The notes below the pieces were generated by a model. The model was not told where the DNA came from, ran no database searches, and saw only the letters and a program-made list of their open reading frames with translations. From contig OY771587.1 of NCBI GenBank assembly GCA_963674825.1, forward strand, positions 3,040,001 to 3,104,000: 64,000 nucleotides of DNA, in the 5' to 3' direction. Below, piece by piece: positions 40,301 through 49,925 of this stretch (the stretch's first letter is position 1; every line of letters begins with the position of its first letter). This DNA is from Candidatus Cloacimonadales bacterium (lineage in GTDB: Bacteria; Cloacimonadota; Cloacimonadia; Cloacimonadales; JAIOQZ01). Made by a program: the position numbers and the translations under genes.

Positions 40301-42683
40301 GGCTTCCCGTATTGGTGAGTGTCAAATACATCTCGACCGTTGCTCCCGGAAGCGCTGTTACTGGGTCGGTCATTACGTTGGATACCTCGAGCATCGGACC
40401 GGAGATTGTCAGCGGGATATAGGTAATCCAGTCGCCGGAATCAGATGAAATCGCAAGTTCGAGGTCGAAAATGTTACCGTCAAGGCATTCTGGTGAAACC
40501 GAAACGGTGAAATCGCTGTCGCCATCGGCATCCTGACCGGCGGCAATCGTGCCATAATTGACGGTTGCAGAGGTGATATCGATCTGGTTATCGTCGCACG
40601 TGACAGTCGCCGTAACGCCGGTGATGGAAGTGCTCGAGTAGTTATGGAGCATCACGTTAAACTGAGCCGTTTCGCCTGTGACGGCATCGGCGGTAAAATC
40701 GATTGTCGTGTAATCGACGACCGCGCCCTCGGCCACTTCCGGATTGGTGATGCTGGGCAGGAAGTTGTATTTTGTGACAACAAGCTGAGCGGTACCAGCA
40801 ACAGCCGGATCGAAATAAAGCACGGCAACGCCGTCATTACCCGTCATGGCGCGGGAATCAATCTCGCCGTCTGTCTGAATAAGGGTTACAACAGCACCCT
40901 CGACTGGGTTTCCCTGTGCGTCGGAAACAGTAACTACGTGGGTTGTGGAACCGACTTCTATGGTCATCTGCTGGTCTACAGTGAAAGCTTGCGGAGCGGC
41001 AGTCCGCAGTGTCATCCCAGGATCGCCGAGGAGGTTCTTGCCGATTGTGTACCAGTCGACGTAATCATTCGGATTATCTGGATAGGAATTGTAGAGCGCT
41101 AGCTTACCGAGGTTCAGCGCTGCGCTCAGGTTGGTCATTCCCTCATGGTAGATACCATAAGCAATGGTGCCGGTGATCAAGTTATTAAAGCAGGTATGAG
41201 TGGGGCTGGATGAGCCGATCACAGCTGTAACACCGGTTGGATTGGCAGGAGTACCAGCCCGGAGGAACGATTCGATGACGCATTCCGTGCCGGACCCGAA
41301 TGTTCCCGTGTAGCACGTAATAGCAGTCATGAATGGGTTCATGTTGTAATTGAAAAGATTATAGGAATCGGAATTAACCCAGTTACTGAAGTTGCCGAAT
41401 CCGCGATAGAAATACGCTCCAACACCGTTGTTGAGCGCGTTAGATATCTGCATGACGAACGGATCTGAGTTGATGAATGTAACATCGTATGCTGGGTTGT
41501 AGCCCATCATCATCTCTTCAACATAGAGCATTGTGGTGTTGGTGGAAATGCCTGAGGAATAGTAATCGCCAACTAAAAGAATGCGCTCGATCCAGTTGTC
41601 GTCGGTGATGGGCTCGATCTCGTATTTCATTATTTTGGAGATAATCGTTTGTAACTGTGTTATCGAATTGAACGAGAGGCGTCCGATCAGAACTTCCGGG
41701 AAAAGATCGTCACCGTCGAGCAGCGTATAAGGGTGATCCCCGTGAACAGAATGCGTCCCGTACTCTTCCCAGAATGTCGGGATCGTGAAGCTGCTGTTTG
41801 CGTCACCAAGGATACAGATGAACTCGGGCGGGTTATCCCATGTATCGTATGCATTTTGGATGTAGTCTCCGATAGCGATTGTATTATTACCAATGGTGGA
41901 TGTGTCCAAAAGGTTGACTTCATGGCCTTTAGCGTGTTTCCACTGAATGAATCCCTGTATGGTTGAAAGGACTTCGGCTGATCCATCATAGATGAATAAA
42001 TACGATCCGGGCATTTGCTCGCTACGGTCAGTTGCTTGAGCCGGGTTCGCCGTCATTTCTCTTGCCATGCTCTGGAAGATCGGCGAAGATGCTGTAGTGC
42101 GTCTGGGCGAGAGACCACGGCTATCGGACACATAGCTGAGTTCGATCTCGATCTCACGGGCGACAAATAGCTTCTCTTCATGCGCATCGTAACGGAATGG
42201 GTGCACGATCACGCGCTGAAGCACGGTATTGCGCATGATTCCTGCATCGCCAAGCTCGGCAGATTCGATCAGATCGCGTTCCGACTGATAATATGTGTCA
42301 GGATCTATTGTGTAGGTCAGAATCTGGTCCCTTACATCATCCAGATCACGGTTTGGAAGGAGGTACGTGTTCTCGATAACCTCTTCGTCTCGGACCGTGT
42401 AGCTTATATTGACCCGAACACCGGCAGGGATATTGACTAGCGTTGAAAAGACCGGAAGTTCCGGAGTACCGGGAATTCCAGCCCAATCCTCCGGGTAGGA
42501 ATCGGATAGCTTGATTTTCTGCATGCCTTCCACGTCTGTAAGGTCATAAGACGGCGTGCGGAAGACCAAACGGGTTTCAAAGTCATTGTTGTTAATACAG
42601 TTAAAGTCAGTCGGAAGGGCGCTAAGAGTTGAAATCAGCGTCAGAAGCGCCACCAGTGTCATCAATACTCTCCAATAATGCAT
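37344..42683 (-). CDS. Gingipain-like C25 peptidase with propeptide, Ig-like repeats and C-terminal FlgD-Ig sorting domain
   Basis: PGTPELP propeptide; WK..KG, ILGD, D..Y..LDGDD..PE..IGR, NLLGDP; GPDNYGY; NHPNPFNPTT...SSGVYF. Confidence 0.9.
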   Translation of the reverse strand: MHYWRVLMTLVALLTLISTLSALPTDFNCINNNDFETRLVFRTPSYDLTDVEGMQKIKLSDSYPEDWAGIPGTPELPVFSTLVNIPAGVRVNISYTVRDEEVIENTYLLPNRDLDDVRDQILTYTIDPDTYYQSERDLIESAELGDAGIMRNTVLQRVIVHPFRYDAHEEKLFVAREIEIELSYVSDSRGLSPRRTTASSPIFQSMAREMTANPAQATDRSEQMPGSYLFIYDGSAEVLSTIQGFIQWKHAKGHEVNLLDTSTIGNNTIAIGDYIQNAYDTWDNPPEFICILGDANSSFTIPTFWEEYGTHSVHGDHPYTLLDGDDLFPEVLIGRLSFNSITQLQTIISKIMKYEIEPITDDNWIERILLVGDYYSSGISTNTTMLYVEEMMMGYNPAYDVTFINSDPFVMQISNALNNGVGAYFYRGFGNFSNWVNSDSYNLFNYNMNPFMTAITCYTGTFGSGTECVIESFLRAGTPANPTGVTAVIGSSSPTHTCFNNLITGTIAYGIYHEGMTNLSAALNLGKLALYNSYPDNPNDYVDWYTIGKNLLGDPGMTLRTAAPQAFTVDQQMTIEVGSTTHVVTVSDAQGNPVEGAVVTLIQTDGEIDSRAMTGNDGVAVLYFDPAVAGTAQLVVTKYNFLPSITNPEVAEGAVVDYTTIDFTADAVTGETAQFNVMLHNYSSTSITGVTATVTCDDNQIDITSATVNYGTIAAGQDADGDSDFTVSVSPECLDGNIFDLELAISSDSGDWITYIPLTISGPMLEVSNVMTDPVTALPGATVEMYLTLTNTGSQAFEAVTCQIASVSQLVTISDDNGTFGDIEPNEATDNASSPYSVTIGEDAITGTIIPFTAIATNSDGITQALEFDLHIGNPSVTDPTGPDNYGYYCYDDGDTQYDDCPVYDWIEIDPNYGGNGTSLEMNDHSENGSGNMITIDLPFNFRFYEINYNQLSISSNGYIVLGPYYTFEWMNWPIPGPFVPCPLIAPFWDDLLTTDGNVYYWYDQQNHAFIVQWSRLENRYDGSPETFQAILYDPAYNSTLLGDSKIKFQYMEINNVDMGNYYNAEIDHGEYATVGIADHTTHNGIEYTYSNSYSITAKELEDEMAILFTGPNVPVPYAHPYVSDIDMTDLGGNTNGLIDFGETVQIALAMSNLGLATATDVYAIITTTDPNADIQQGTITFPDIENGESASSNQSFILDIADNCPNDHTVNLTLMLYYSGMTKQLLIPFVVYSPELEIVDFSITDNNDNQIEAGEVGTFTFTMARNSYLNAEDVTVSFETENAAFTISPSSYSFSEITDEEVEVAFNVSFADTTYNGERVDFNLHLEYNDAFDIDQPVSYVFGHPELLFSDSFDGDYDPFVWMQMQGAYSETNFAGGETGEYVLTSISYDARTAITREFSPMDLQKLIIKAKYINLGYNVEYGILIEQNSAPFSSAFIWTDHAIMNEPGELYIEYTPDIAFDDDVILIFYIFNTPGGHTQQFYFDDVEIRTIKHNPGVLQGMVTLDGGNATPDEVTMLVGSNEYSVNEDGTFCHYLPEGTYTISATLNGYIPFYTSNVVVTHSQTTQVNIELQHLTAPTNLEGEQDGDVINLTWDYNGTRTRSESKGRKSGDSRTLDYFDVIMVYNNNFVLHHETDELSYPLDLLAPGHFEIYVKARHLGGYWSEESNHIELDYVANDNDVPDAPECFALHQNHPNPFNPTTSIRFDLPQASSKCLLAIYNVRGERVATLVDGPRKAGRYTEQWNGRNQRGEAVSSGVYFIRIETDTDKSIRKALLLK

Positions 42684-42869
42684 ATCTCTCTCTCCTCAGA
42701 ACATGATGTGTTTATCTATGCAAAACCCAGACCAATGGCACAATTAGACACGAAGTTGTTGACAATACCCCCGATACAATAATTAGATGACGGTGAGAAA
42801 GTTGTCAATGAACAATTTCGTACGTTTCTTGTGCACTGGTGGACAATAAATTTTTATTGAAGGATCGCT

Positions 42870-44087
42870 ATGGTAAGGCACTGCATCGAAGTTGCTGGCT
42901 CTAAGTCGATTATGGCAAGGGTACTGATGATTGCCGGATTCGAGACAAAATCGATCCGGATCAAGAATCCTGCCGTATGCGATGATACCCAGGAACTGCT
43001 GGATGCCTTCGAAACACTGGGAGTGCGATATCAGAAATACGATAACTATCTCGAAATCCAGCCATTCAAGTATCCACTTGAAAGCCCGGATTCACTGTGT
43101 TTCAATGGTTCGGCCACAGCGCTGCGATTTATGATTGCGCGACTCGCGGTAATAAATGGTCTCGAAGTGGAGATTACATTGAGCGAGAAACTTGCTGGGC
43201 GTCCTCACCGTGAACTAATAGATGCGCTTCCCGGTACGACTGTTTCTGAGGACGGTGCGAGCATCAAGATAAAAGGCCAACACATAAATCGGCTTGAACT
43301 GAACAGCTCAGGCAGTATCAGCAGCCAGTACGTCAGTGCGATGATGCTTGCCGCACCTTTCACGGAGCATGGATTCAAGATGACAATCCCGGAAAGTCAG
43401 GTTTCGATGCCGTATATCGAAATGACTGCACGGGTAATGCGCGATTTCGGTGCAAATGTAACATACGCAGATGACCTCATTCACGTACCTGGGAGGCAGA
43501 AATATCGTTTGCCGGATATATACGAGATAGAACCGGATGCTTCCACGGCAGCGTTCTGGCTGGTTGGGGGATTGATTGTCGAACGAGCGGTTCCGATCCG
43601 GTATCCCAGTGTGGATTCTCTTCAAGGAGATGCAAGGTTTCTGGATGTACTTTCACGGATGGGTGCACGAATCGAACGTTGTGACCGGTGCGTGAAGGCT
43701 ATTCCCGAGCGGATGCATGGCATCGACGTGGATATGCGAGACATGCCGGATTGTGTGCCGCCGCTAGTGATGCTGGCGCTTCGGATGAAGAATCGTACTC
43801 GCATCAGTGGAATCGGGCACCTCAGATGGAAGGAAAGCAACCGTATCGAGCGGCTTGTATCGCAGGTGCGGCGTATCGGTGGTAAGATTGCATTTGAGAA
43901 TGATACGCTGATCATCGATCCACTCGAAAAGCTTCTGGATACTGTAATCATCGAGACAGGATCGGATCACCGGATTGCGATGGCATTCGCGATTTTGGGG
44001 CTGCGTTGTAAGAATATCGAGATCGATGATCTGGGATGTGTAAGCAAGTCGTGCGATAATTTCTGGAAGGTACTCAGGCAGATATAG
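42870..44087 (+). CDS. aroA: 3-phosphoshikimate 1-carboxyvinyltransferase (EPSP synthase)
   Basis: GSKS..R, RP, SSQY.SA, PYIEMT, QGD, KESNR and DHRIAM motifs. Confidence 0.9.
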   Translation: MVRHCIEVAGSKSIMARVLMIAGFETKSIRIKNPAVCDDTQELLDAFETLGVRYQKYDNYLEIQPFKYPLESPDSLCFNGSATALRFMIARLAVINGLEVEITLSEKLAGRPHRELIDALPGTTVSEDGASIKIKGQHINRLELNSSGSISSQYVSAMMLAAPFTEHGFKMTIPESQVSMPYIEMTARVMRDFGANVTYADDLIHVPGRQKYRLPDIYEIEPDASTAAFWLVGGLIVERAVPIRYPSVDSLQGDARFLDVLSRMGARIERCDRCVKAIPERMHGIDVDMRDMPDCVPPLVMLALRMKNRTRISGIGHLRWKESNRIERLVSQVRRIGGKIAFENDTLIIDPLEKLLDTVIIETGSDHRIAMAFAILGLRCKNIEIDDLGCVSKSCDNFWKVLRQI

Positions 44088-44113
44088 AAAAAGGCAGGCT
44101 CGAAGGCCTGCCC
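44088..44113 (-). terminator. Terminator between convergent aroA and TPR genes
   Basis: GGCAGGC-TCGAAG-GCCTGCC flanked by AAAAA. Confidence 0.7.
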
Positions 44114-44122
44114 ATATCAATT

Positions 44123-44749
44123 CTAATGAAGCTTCTCTTTTGCTTTCTGTGAGCCGTACTGCGCCGCGAGCTGATAGTTTTCTTTCGCGACATCGTGCTG
44201 CCCGAGTTTATCGTAGCATTCGGCAAGGAAATAGTACGCGTCGGGATTCTCATAATTCGCTTCCAGCGCTCGATTGAAGTAGATAATAGCGTTATCCCAG
44301 TCCTGAAGCTGGAAATAGCTGCTGGCGAGCGGGAAGAAAACTACTTGCATATTCTGATCGAGTTCAAGCGCTTTTTTAAATGCCACAATAGCGTCTTCGT
44401 GACACTTGCGGATTTTCATGTCGATCAACGCAATCTTGTCCAGATCGACATTCACGTTGATATCCTTTCCGTTCCTGACATTCTGACCATCGGCATTGAC
44501 CGACCGTTCTTTGGATATCTCGAGAAGAAGCGGAACAGCCATCTTGGCACGGACGCGTCCTTTGCGGAAATAAAGATCGGGGTTATTGGGCTCGATTGCG
44601 ATGGCTCGGTTGTATTTGTCCAGTGCGATATCGAATTGCATCGTGCTCTCGTAGTATTCGCCGTGTTCGACCTTGGTCTTTGCATTACCTGCGCAGGCAA
44701 ACAATGAGAATGAAATCACAATCGCGAAAATCCATTGTATATACTTCAT
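44123..44749 (-). CDS. TPR lipoprotein
   Basis: Lipobox LFAC; TPR motifs (AIAIEPNNPDLY, PDAYYFLA). Confidence 0.85.
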   Translation of the reverse strand: MKYIQWIFAIVISFSLFACAGNAKTKVEHGEYYESTMQFDIALDKYNRAIAIEPNNPDLYFRKGRVRAKMAVPLLLEISKERSVNADGQNVRNGKDINVNVDLDKIALIDMKIRKCHEDAIVAFKKALELDQNMQVVFFPLASSYFQLQDWDNAIIYFNRALEANYENPDAYYFLAECYDKLGQHDVAKENYQLAAQYGSQKAKEKLH

Positions 44750-44822
44750 CTAGATCCTCCTGAGAAGTTACGTTCTTCAAATATTGTGCTCAATGAAATG
44801 CATGGCGTCAAGATAATAATCA

Positions 44823-45929
44823 TTATTTAGGGTTTATCAAAGAAGGAAATCTATGTTCGTTGATTTTTTTTGCTGCTTGATGCATTTTTTGCTTTTCGAG
44901 GGCTGCAAACCGATAGGGGGCATCATGAAGCGAGGTTTCAATCGGCAGGATTTCGTATTGAATTCCGGAAGTGTCGTAAAATGCGTGCATCCATAGCGGT
45001 ACACATTTAGCGGTAGCCACCTCGATGTCATCGTTGCACTCGAGTTCGATAAGAAGTACAACGCCGGTTTGGGTCTCGATAGTATTGGTGTACTTTTCCA
45101 GTTGCGAGGAGACGCAGTTTCCCAGCGAATAGAATACCGGTACACCGTCGATGATCTCATTTTCCTGTATAACATGCGGATGAGTTCCGACGATAAGATC
45201 AGCGCCACATTCGACGATTTTCTTCGCCATGGTTCGCTGTAGTTCATTGGAGTGAGTAGCATATTCGATGCCCCAGTGAGGTAGCACGATGAGGAAATCG
45301 CTTGATTTCGCTGCCTGACGGATATATGTTTCAAGCTTTGGATCGTCAATATAGTTGATGTGACGTAATGCCGAATTGGCCGTTACATTTTTGCGGTTTC
45401 CATTGCTTCCATAAGTAAAGGCGAGAAAGCCGATTTTCACGCCGTGAGTTTCTTTTATCAGGAAGCGCAGAGAATCCTGCTCAAGAACGGTTCCGCAGTT
45501 TTTAAGGCCGGTCTCGCGAATTTTCGTGATGGTCCGCTTCAATCCGGCGAGACTGTAGTCCAGGCAGTGATTGTTCGCGGTCTGGAGAATATCAAAACCG
45601 CATGAATCGAGCGCTGTAAGGATATGATCTGGAGAATTGAATCGCGGGTATCCCGAATAGGGAATTTCTGTTCCGGCGAGCACGGTTTCAAGATTGCAGA
45701 CGGCGATATCGGCTGAATCGACAATACCTTTCAGCCCTCGAACGATGGGGAAGAAGTCGTAAGCGTGATTGACGTCATCCCACGCAGAACGATAAACAGA
45801 CCGGTGGAGCATCATGTCGCCGGTGAAGGCAAGCGTGATTCTGACAGGCTTCGGCTGTTCTTGCTCTGGCTGCTTTTCTGCAATAGTGCAGCCTGCGAGG
45901 AAAATCAAGATAACGATCAGTATTCTCAT
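44823..45929 (-). CDS. CapA/PGA_cap-family metallophosphoesterase lipoprotein
   Basis: Lipobox LAGC; GD, NLET, ANNH..D, HWG.EY, HPHV and YSLGN motifs. Confidence 0.92.
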   Translation of the reverse strand: MRILIVILIFLAGCTIAEKQPEQEQPKPVRITLAFTGDMMLHRSVYRSAWDDVNHAYDFFPIVRGLKGIVDSADIAVCNLETVLAGTEIPYSGYPRFNSPDHILTALDSCGFDILQTANNHCLDYSLAGLKRTITKIRETGLKNCGTVLEQDSLRFLIKETHGVKIGFLAFTYGSNGNRKNVTANSALRHINYIDDPKLETYIRQAAKSSDFLIVLPHWGIEYATHSNELQRTMAKKIVECGADLIVGTHPHVIQENEIIDGVPVFYSLGNCVSSQLEKYTNTIETQTGVVLLIELECNDDIEVATAKCVPLWMHAFYDTSGIQYEILPIETSLHDAPYRFAALEKQKMHQAAKKINEHRFPSLINPK

Positions 45930-46087
45930 GCTGCAGCGTGGTAATAAATATCTGATTTGTAAAGCTATTTCGGTGATGTTGTGCTTTCGGGTACCTGAAA
46001 GGATATCAAGAACGGTCGGGAGTAATTGCTTGACAGATCGGATTGCAGATTGCGAGCTTGCGGAGAATACTCAATAAGGGATGAGCC

Positions 46088-47023
46088 ATGAAAAGACTTC
46101 TTTCGATCATGCTGCTTCTGGGCATCGTCGCGACAGGCTTTGCGATCAGCAATACCTATCCGATGGTGACAATTGGTTACAGCTTCAACAGCGATGCTAA
46201 GTTCAACGATCCGTATGACAATGACACCGGGTTGGGTGGTGTTACAATTGGTATGAAAACTATGGATGTGGATTTCGCATATCCGATGTTCTTCCACAAC
46301 AACCGTACGATTTTCATTCCTTCTGGAGAGTACAGCTACGTGGAATCCTTTTACAAGCATGAACCGGAGCATACAAATAATCAGAAAATGACCGACTTTC
46401 AGATCGGTTTGCGACTATATCGTGATTTTGGAAGCTCTTTTCGGATAAAAGCTCATGTCGCCCCTGGGTTGTCATCCGATTATCGAAACGATATCTCCTC
46501 CGACGACTTTGTTCTGCGTGGTGGTCTTACGATAGACTTGAGGCTGAGCGAGTATCTCAGCATGGAGGCCGGCGCTGTATACGACACTCCCTTCGGCAGG
46601 CAGGAAATCGTTCCTGTGTTGGGTGCGACGTGGGAGAAAGGTGATTTCTATGCATCCGCGCTACTGCCGCTTTCTGTCGATGTGCGCTGGAAATGGAATC
46701 GCGAAATGACGTTTGGTGTGCTGGGAAATGTTTCTGGCTATCATTTCAATATCAAAGATGGCGAGCCGGAAGAGGATGAGATTTACGATGACGATTTCCA
46801 GGTCGTCGATTATCTTGAGTATTCACGCGTCGATGTAGGTCCAATCGTTTACTGGAATATTTTCGATAACTTCTGGTTTGATATCCAGTCCGGCGTTACA
46901 TTCCGCAAGAATTTCCGATTCTACGATAAAGACGAAGAGGAAATGAGGTTTATGGACTACTCCAGCGAACCTTCCTGGTTCCTGAGTATCACGACACGCT
47001 ACCGCATCCCAATGCCTGAATAA
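46088..47023 (+). CDS. Outer-membrane beta-barrel protein (DUF6268-like)
   Basis: Signal peptide; PGLSSD, FG....PVLG..W; alternating beta strands. Confidence 0.65.
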   Translation: MKRLLSIMLLLGIVATGFAISNTYPMVTIGYSFNSDAKFNDPYDNDTGLGGVTIGMKTMDVDFAYPMFFHNNRTIFIPSGEYSYVESFYKHEPEHTNNQKMTDFQIGLRLYRDFGSSFRIKAHVAPGLSSDYRNDISSDDFVLRGGLTIDLRLSEYLSMEAGAVYDTPFGRQEIVPVLGATWEKGDFYASALLPLSVDVRWKWNREMTFGVLGNVSGYHFNIKDGEPEEDEIYDDDFQVVDYLEYSRVDVGPIVYWNIFDNFWFDIQSGVTFRKNFRFYDKDEEEMRFMDYSSEPSWFLSITTRYRIPMPE

Positions 47024-47040
47024 TACTATATTGATAAAAG

Positions 47041-47072
47041 AAAACCGGCGAGAAGACTGTTCCCGCCGGTTC
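47041..47072. terminator. Terminator between convergent genes
   Basis: AACCGGCG...CGCCGGTT. Confidence 0.65.
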
Positions 47073-47092
47073 ATTTTATGATGCAAATAACT

Positions 47093-49522
47093 CTAATTTT
47101 CCAGTAATTCTCTCACCTTCCGAAGCAACGCTACGCGGCTGAAAGGCTTGGATAGTAGCTGTAACTCCTCTTCCTGAAGGAATCGATTGCTGAGCGCGTT
47201 GTAGCTGTATCCACTCACGAAGAGGAATTTTGCGTTCGGATCGATTTCGCGGACTTTGTCACGTACCACTCGTCCGCTGAATTTGGGCAAGATAACATCG
47301 AGTACCGCTATATCGATTTCGTTCTTATGCTCTTTGAATACCTCGATCGCTTCTTCACCGTTGGATGCCTTTAAGACTGTGTAGCCGGCTTTTTCCAGGA
47401 TGATGGAAGAAAGTTCTATTAACATCTGATCGTCTTCGACCAGCAAGATAGTCTCATTTCCGCCTGGAACCTCGGTTTCGCTTTCGAACATGTCTTTGAT
47501 TTCGCCCTTTTCGGCCTGTGGGAAGTAGATTTTAAAGGTTGTTCCCTGGCCCGGTTCGCTATAGACGTAGATCATACCGTTGTGTTGTTTCACGATTCCA
47601 TAGACTGTTGCCAACCCAAGCCCGGTTCCCTTGCCCACTTCTTTGGTTGTGAAGAAGGGTTCGAAGATTTGTTCACGGGTTGTTTTGTCCATGCCGATGC
47701 CATTGTCGGAGATATTGAGAACCACATAGTTACCGATTTTTGCCCAAGGGTAAATACGTTGGTAGTCTTCAGTCACCACAAAGTTTTTGGTTTCGATAAT
47801 CAATCGTCCACCTTCTGGCATGGCGTCCCGGGCATTGATACAGAGATTGATGATCACCTGGTCGATCTGAGCTGGATCGGCGTAAATGGTGCCGGAATTC
47901 TCGTCGAGAAACATCTTCACCTCGATGTCAGCGCCGATGAGCCGTTTAAGTATCTTGAACAGTTCTTTGACCATCGTGTTGAGATTGATGTAGGCAGGTT
48001 GAATCACCTGTTTGCGGCTGAATGTCAGCAGTTGTCTTGTCATGCTGGCTGCCTTACGAGCCGCTTCGTTGATCTGCTCGAGGCTGCTGTGGAGATCCTG
48101 AATATTTTCGGGGGCATCGCATTCGTTGAGCAGGCTGATCTCCGTATAGCCCAGAATAATTTGCAGAAGATTGTTAAAGTCGTGTGCGATACCGCCGGCA
48201 AGCTGCCCGATCGCTTCCATTTTCAACGCTTGGTTGAGCTGCTGCTCGAGCTGTTTCTTTTCGGTCTGGTCGATACAAGCTCCAACCCAACGAATTGGCT
48301 TCCCATCGGGCCCGACTTGAGGGATACCGTAGTCAACCCATTCGCGCCATAATCCGGCTCGGGTTCGGATTCTGTAACTATCCTGGATCGGATCCACGCA
48401 TTCACGATGCTTGTTGACCGAGTCTTTAAACTTATCCTGGTCATCCGGGTGGATATGCTCAACCCAAGTCTTCAGGTCGTGCTTGAAGCCCCCAGGTTCG
48501 TACCCGAGAACTTTATCAATATCGCCGTACCAGTTGAGAATGTCGGAATTGACGTCCCATTCGTAGATAAGATCGGTAACTGTGCTGGCTGCGAGCCTGA
48601 AACGTTGCTCACTCTGGTGCAGGTTTTGATATGCGGTTTCGATATCGGTGATATCGCGTGTGATCCCCTGGATTTCGGTAAGGTGACCGTCCTGTCCGTA
48701 GAGAGGCACGATACGCGTCTCCAGCCAGTAGGTTTTACCGTTTGCGTCGGCTTTTTCAAATTGATAACGCTCACCACTGCTTGTTGTGGTCAGGATATTG
48801 GCTAGTTCAGCGATTTTCTTCAGCATCGGCTCATGATCGAAGAGCTTACTGATATGCTGTCCGAGAAACTCGCTATAGCCGAACTTCAGCATCTTGCCGA
48901 GTGCCGGGCTGATATAGCTGAATTTCCCATTGGGGGTGACTCTCCAGACGATGTCCTGAAGGTGCTCGATCAGTTCCCGGAAACGAGCCTCGCTTTTTCT
49001 GAGCTCATTCTCTGTGAGTTTGCGGTTGTGAACTTCGACTTCAAGCTCTTTGACCTTTTTCTCCAGCTTGTCGGAGAGCACTTGTGTATATTTTTTATCG
49101 AGTGTATCGTCGGCTTCGGTGATTTCCTTTGGTGCTATGATACGGCCTTCATTGATGTCGCGCGTATAGCTGTTGATAATCTCGATGAGATGCTCAGGTT
49201 CCTGCGGTTTGATAACGAACCGGTCGGCACCGAGGCTTAACGCGAATTCTTCGTCTTTAGGCTCAGTATACGTTGCGGTGTAGAAGATAAAGGGTATCTG
49301 ATTGAGCGTGATATCGCGTTTCCAACGGCGGCAGAGCTCGAATCCATCCATTTCCGGCATAAGGATATCGGATATAATAAGATCGGGTTTATTTCGGAGG
49401 GCCACTTCGAGCGCTTCCTTGCCATTTTCGGCGGCAACGACATCATGTCCGTATCCCTGGAGCAGCATTTGCAGAAGATAGCGATTTTCCTGAATATCAT
49501 CGACAATTAGCAACTTGCTCAT
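47093..49522 (-). CDS. Hybrid histidine kinase REC-PAS-PAS-HisKA-HATPase-REC (CckA-like core)
   Basis: LAGGIAHDFNN, NARDAM, FEPFFTTK..GKGTGLGL; receiver domains at both ends. Confidence 0.95.
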   Translation of the reverse strand: MSKLLIVDDIQENRYLLQMLLQGYGHDVVAAENGKEALEVALRNKPDLIISDILMPEMDGFELCRRWKRDITLNQIPFIFYTATYTEPKDEEFALSLGADRFVIKPQEPEHLIEIINSYTRDINEGRIIAPKEITEADDTLDKKYTQVLSDKLEKKVKELEVEVHNRKLTENELRKSEARFRELIEHLQDIVWRVTPNGKFSYISPALGKMLKFGYSEFLGQHISKLFDHEPMLKKIAELANILTTTSSGERYQFEKADANGKTYWLETRIVPLYGQDGHLTEIQGITRDITDIETAYQNLHQSEQRFRLAASTVTDLIYEWDVNSDILNWYGDIDKVLGYEPGGFKHDLKTWVEHIHPDDQDKFKDSVNKHRECVDPIQDSYRIRTRAGLWREWVDYGIPQVGPDGKPIRWVGACIDQTEKKQLEQQLNQALKMEAIGQLAGGIAHDFNNLLQIILGYTEISLLNECDAPENIQDLHSSLEQINEAARKAASMTRQLLTFSRKQVIQPAYINLNTMVKELFKILKRLIGADIEVKMFLDENSGTIYADPAQIDQVIINLCINARDAMPEGGRLIIETKNFVVTEDYQRIYPWAKIGNYVVLNISDNGIGMDKTTREQIFEPFFTTKEVGKGTGLGLATVYGIVKQHNGMIYVYSEPGQGTTFKIYFPQAEKGEIKDMFESETEVPGGNETILLVEDDQMLIELSSIILEKAGYTVLKASNGEEAIEVFKEHKNEIDIAVLDVILPKFSGRVVRDKVREIDPNAKFLFVSGYSYNALSNRFLQEEELQLLSKPFSRVALLRKVRELLEN

Positions 49523-49523
49523 A

Positions 49524-49916
49524 TTATACCTCTTGTGAATTTTGTGGTGACGGAATGTACCTCTTCACATCATCAATAAATGTCTCCGGGTTGATCGGCT
49601 TTTCGATATAGCCTGTGCAACCTGCAGCCAGTGCTTTTTCTTTATCCCCGGGCATGGCATAGGAGGTTACTGCGATAATCGGTGTGTTTGCCTTTCCTTC
49701 GAGCTTACGAAGCCGTTGCGCGACCTCGTAACCGTTCATCTCGGGGAGCTGTATATCCAGAAGAACCATATCGGGATTCTCGTGTTCGACCAATTCGATT
49801 CCGTCGAGACCGTTCATCGCGTAAATGACCTGAAATCCACTCATTTCGAGCAGGTATTTTATCAGATACAGGTTCTTTTCATTGTCTTCGATAATGCAAA
49901 TCTTCCACGTAGCCAT
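49524..49916 (-). CDS. Single-domain response regulator (DivK-like)
   Basis: IEDN, DIQLP, AVTSYAM.GD and GC..YIEKP motifs. Confidence 0.92.
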   Translation of the reverse strand: MATWKICIIEDNEKNLYLIKYLLEMSGFQVIYAMNGLDGIELVEHENPDMVLLDIQLPEMNGYEVAQRLRKLEGKANTPIIAVTSYAMPGDKEKALAAGCTGYIEKPINPETFIDDVKRYIPSPQNSQEV

Positions 49917-49925
49917 TTATTCCTC

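Noticed and set aside
42870..44087. Isolated aroA as a repurposed enolpyruvyl transferase
   Set aside because: EPSP synthase motifs are largely intact, and dispersed pathway genes are common
44823..45929. Poly-gamma-glutamate capsule locus
   Set aside because: No capB/capC nearby; stand-alone CapA-domain proteins are widespread
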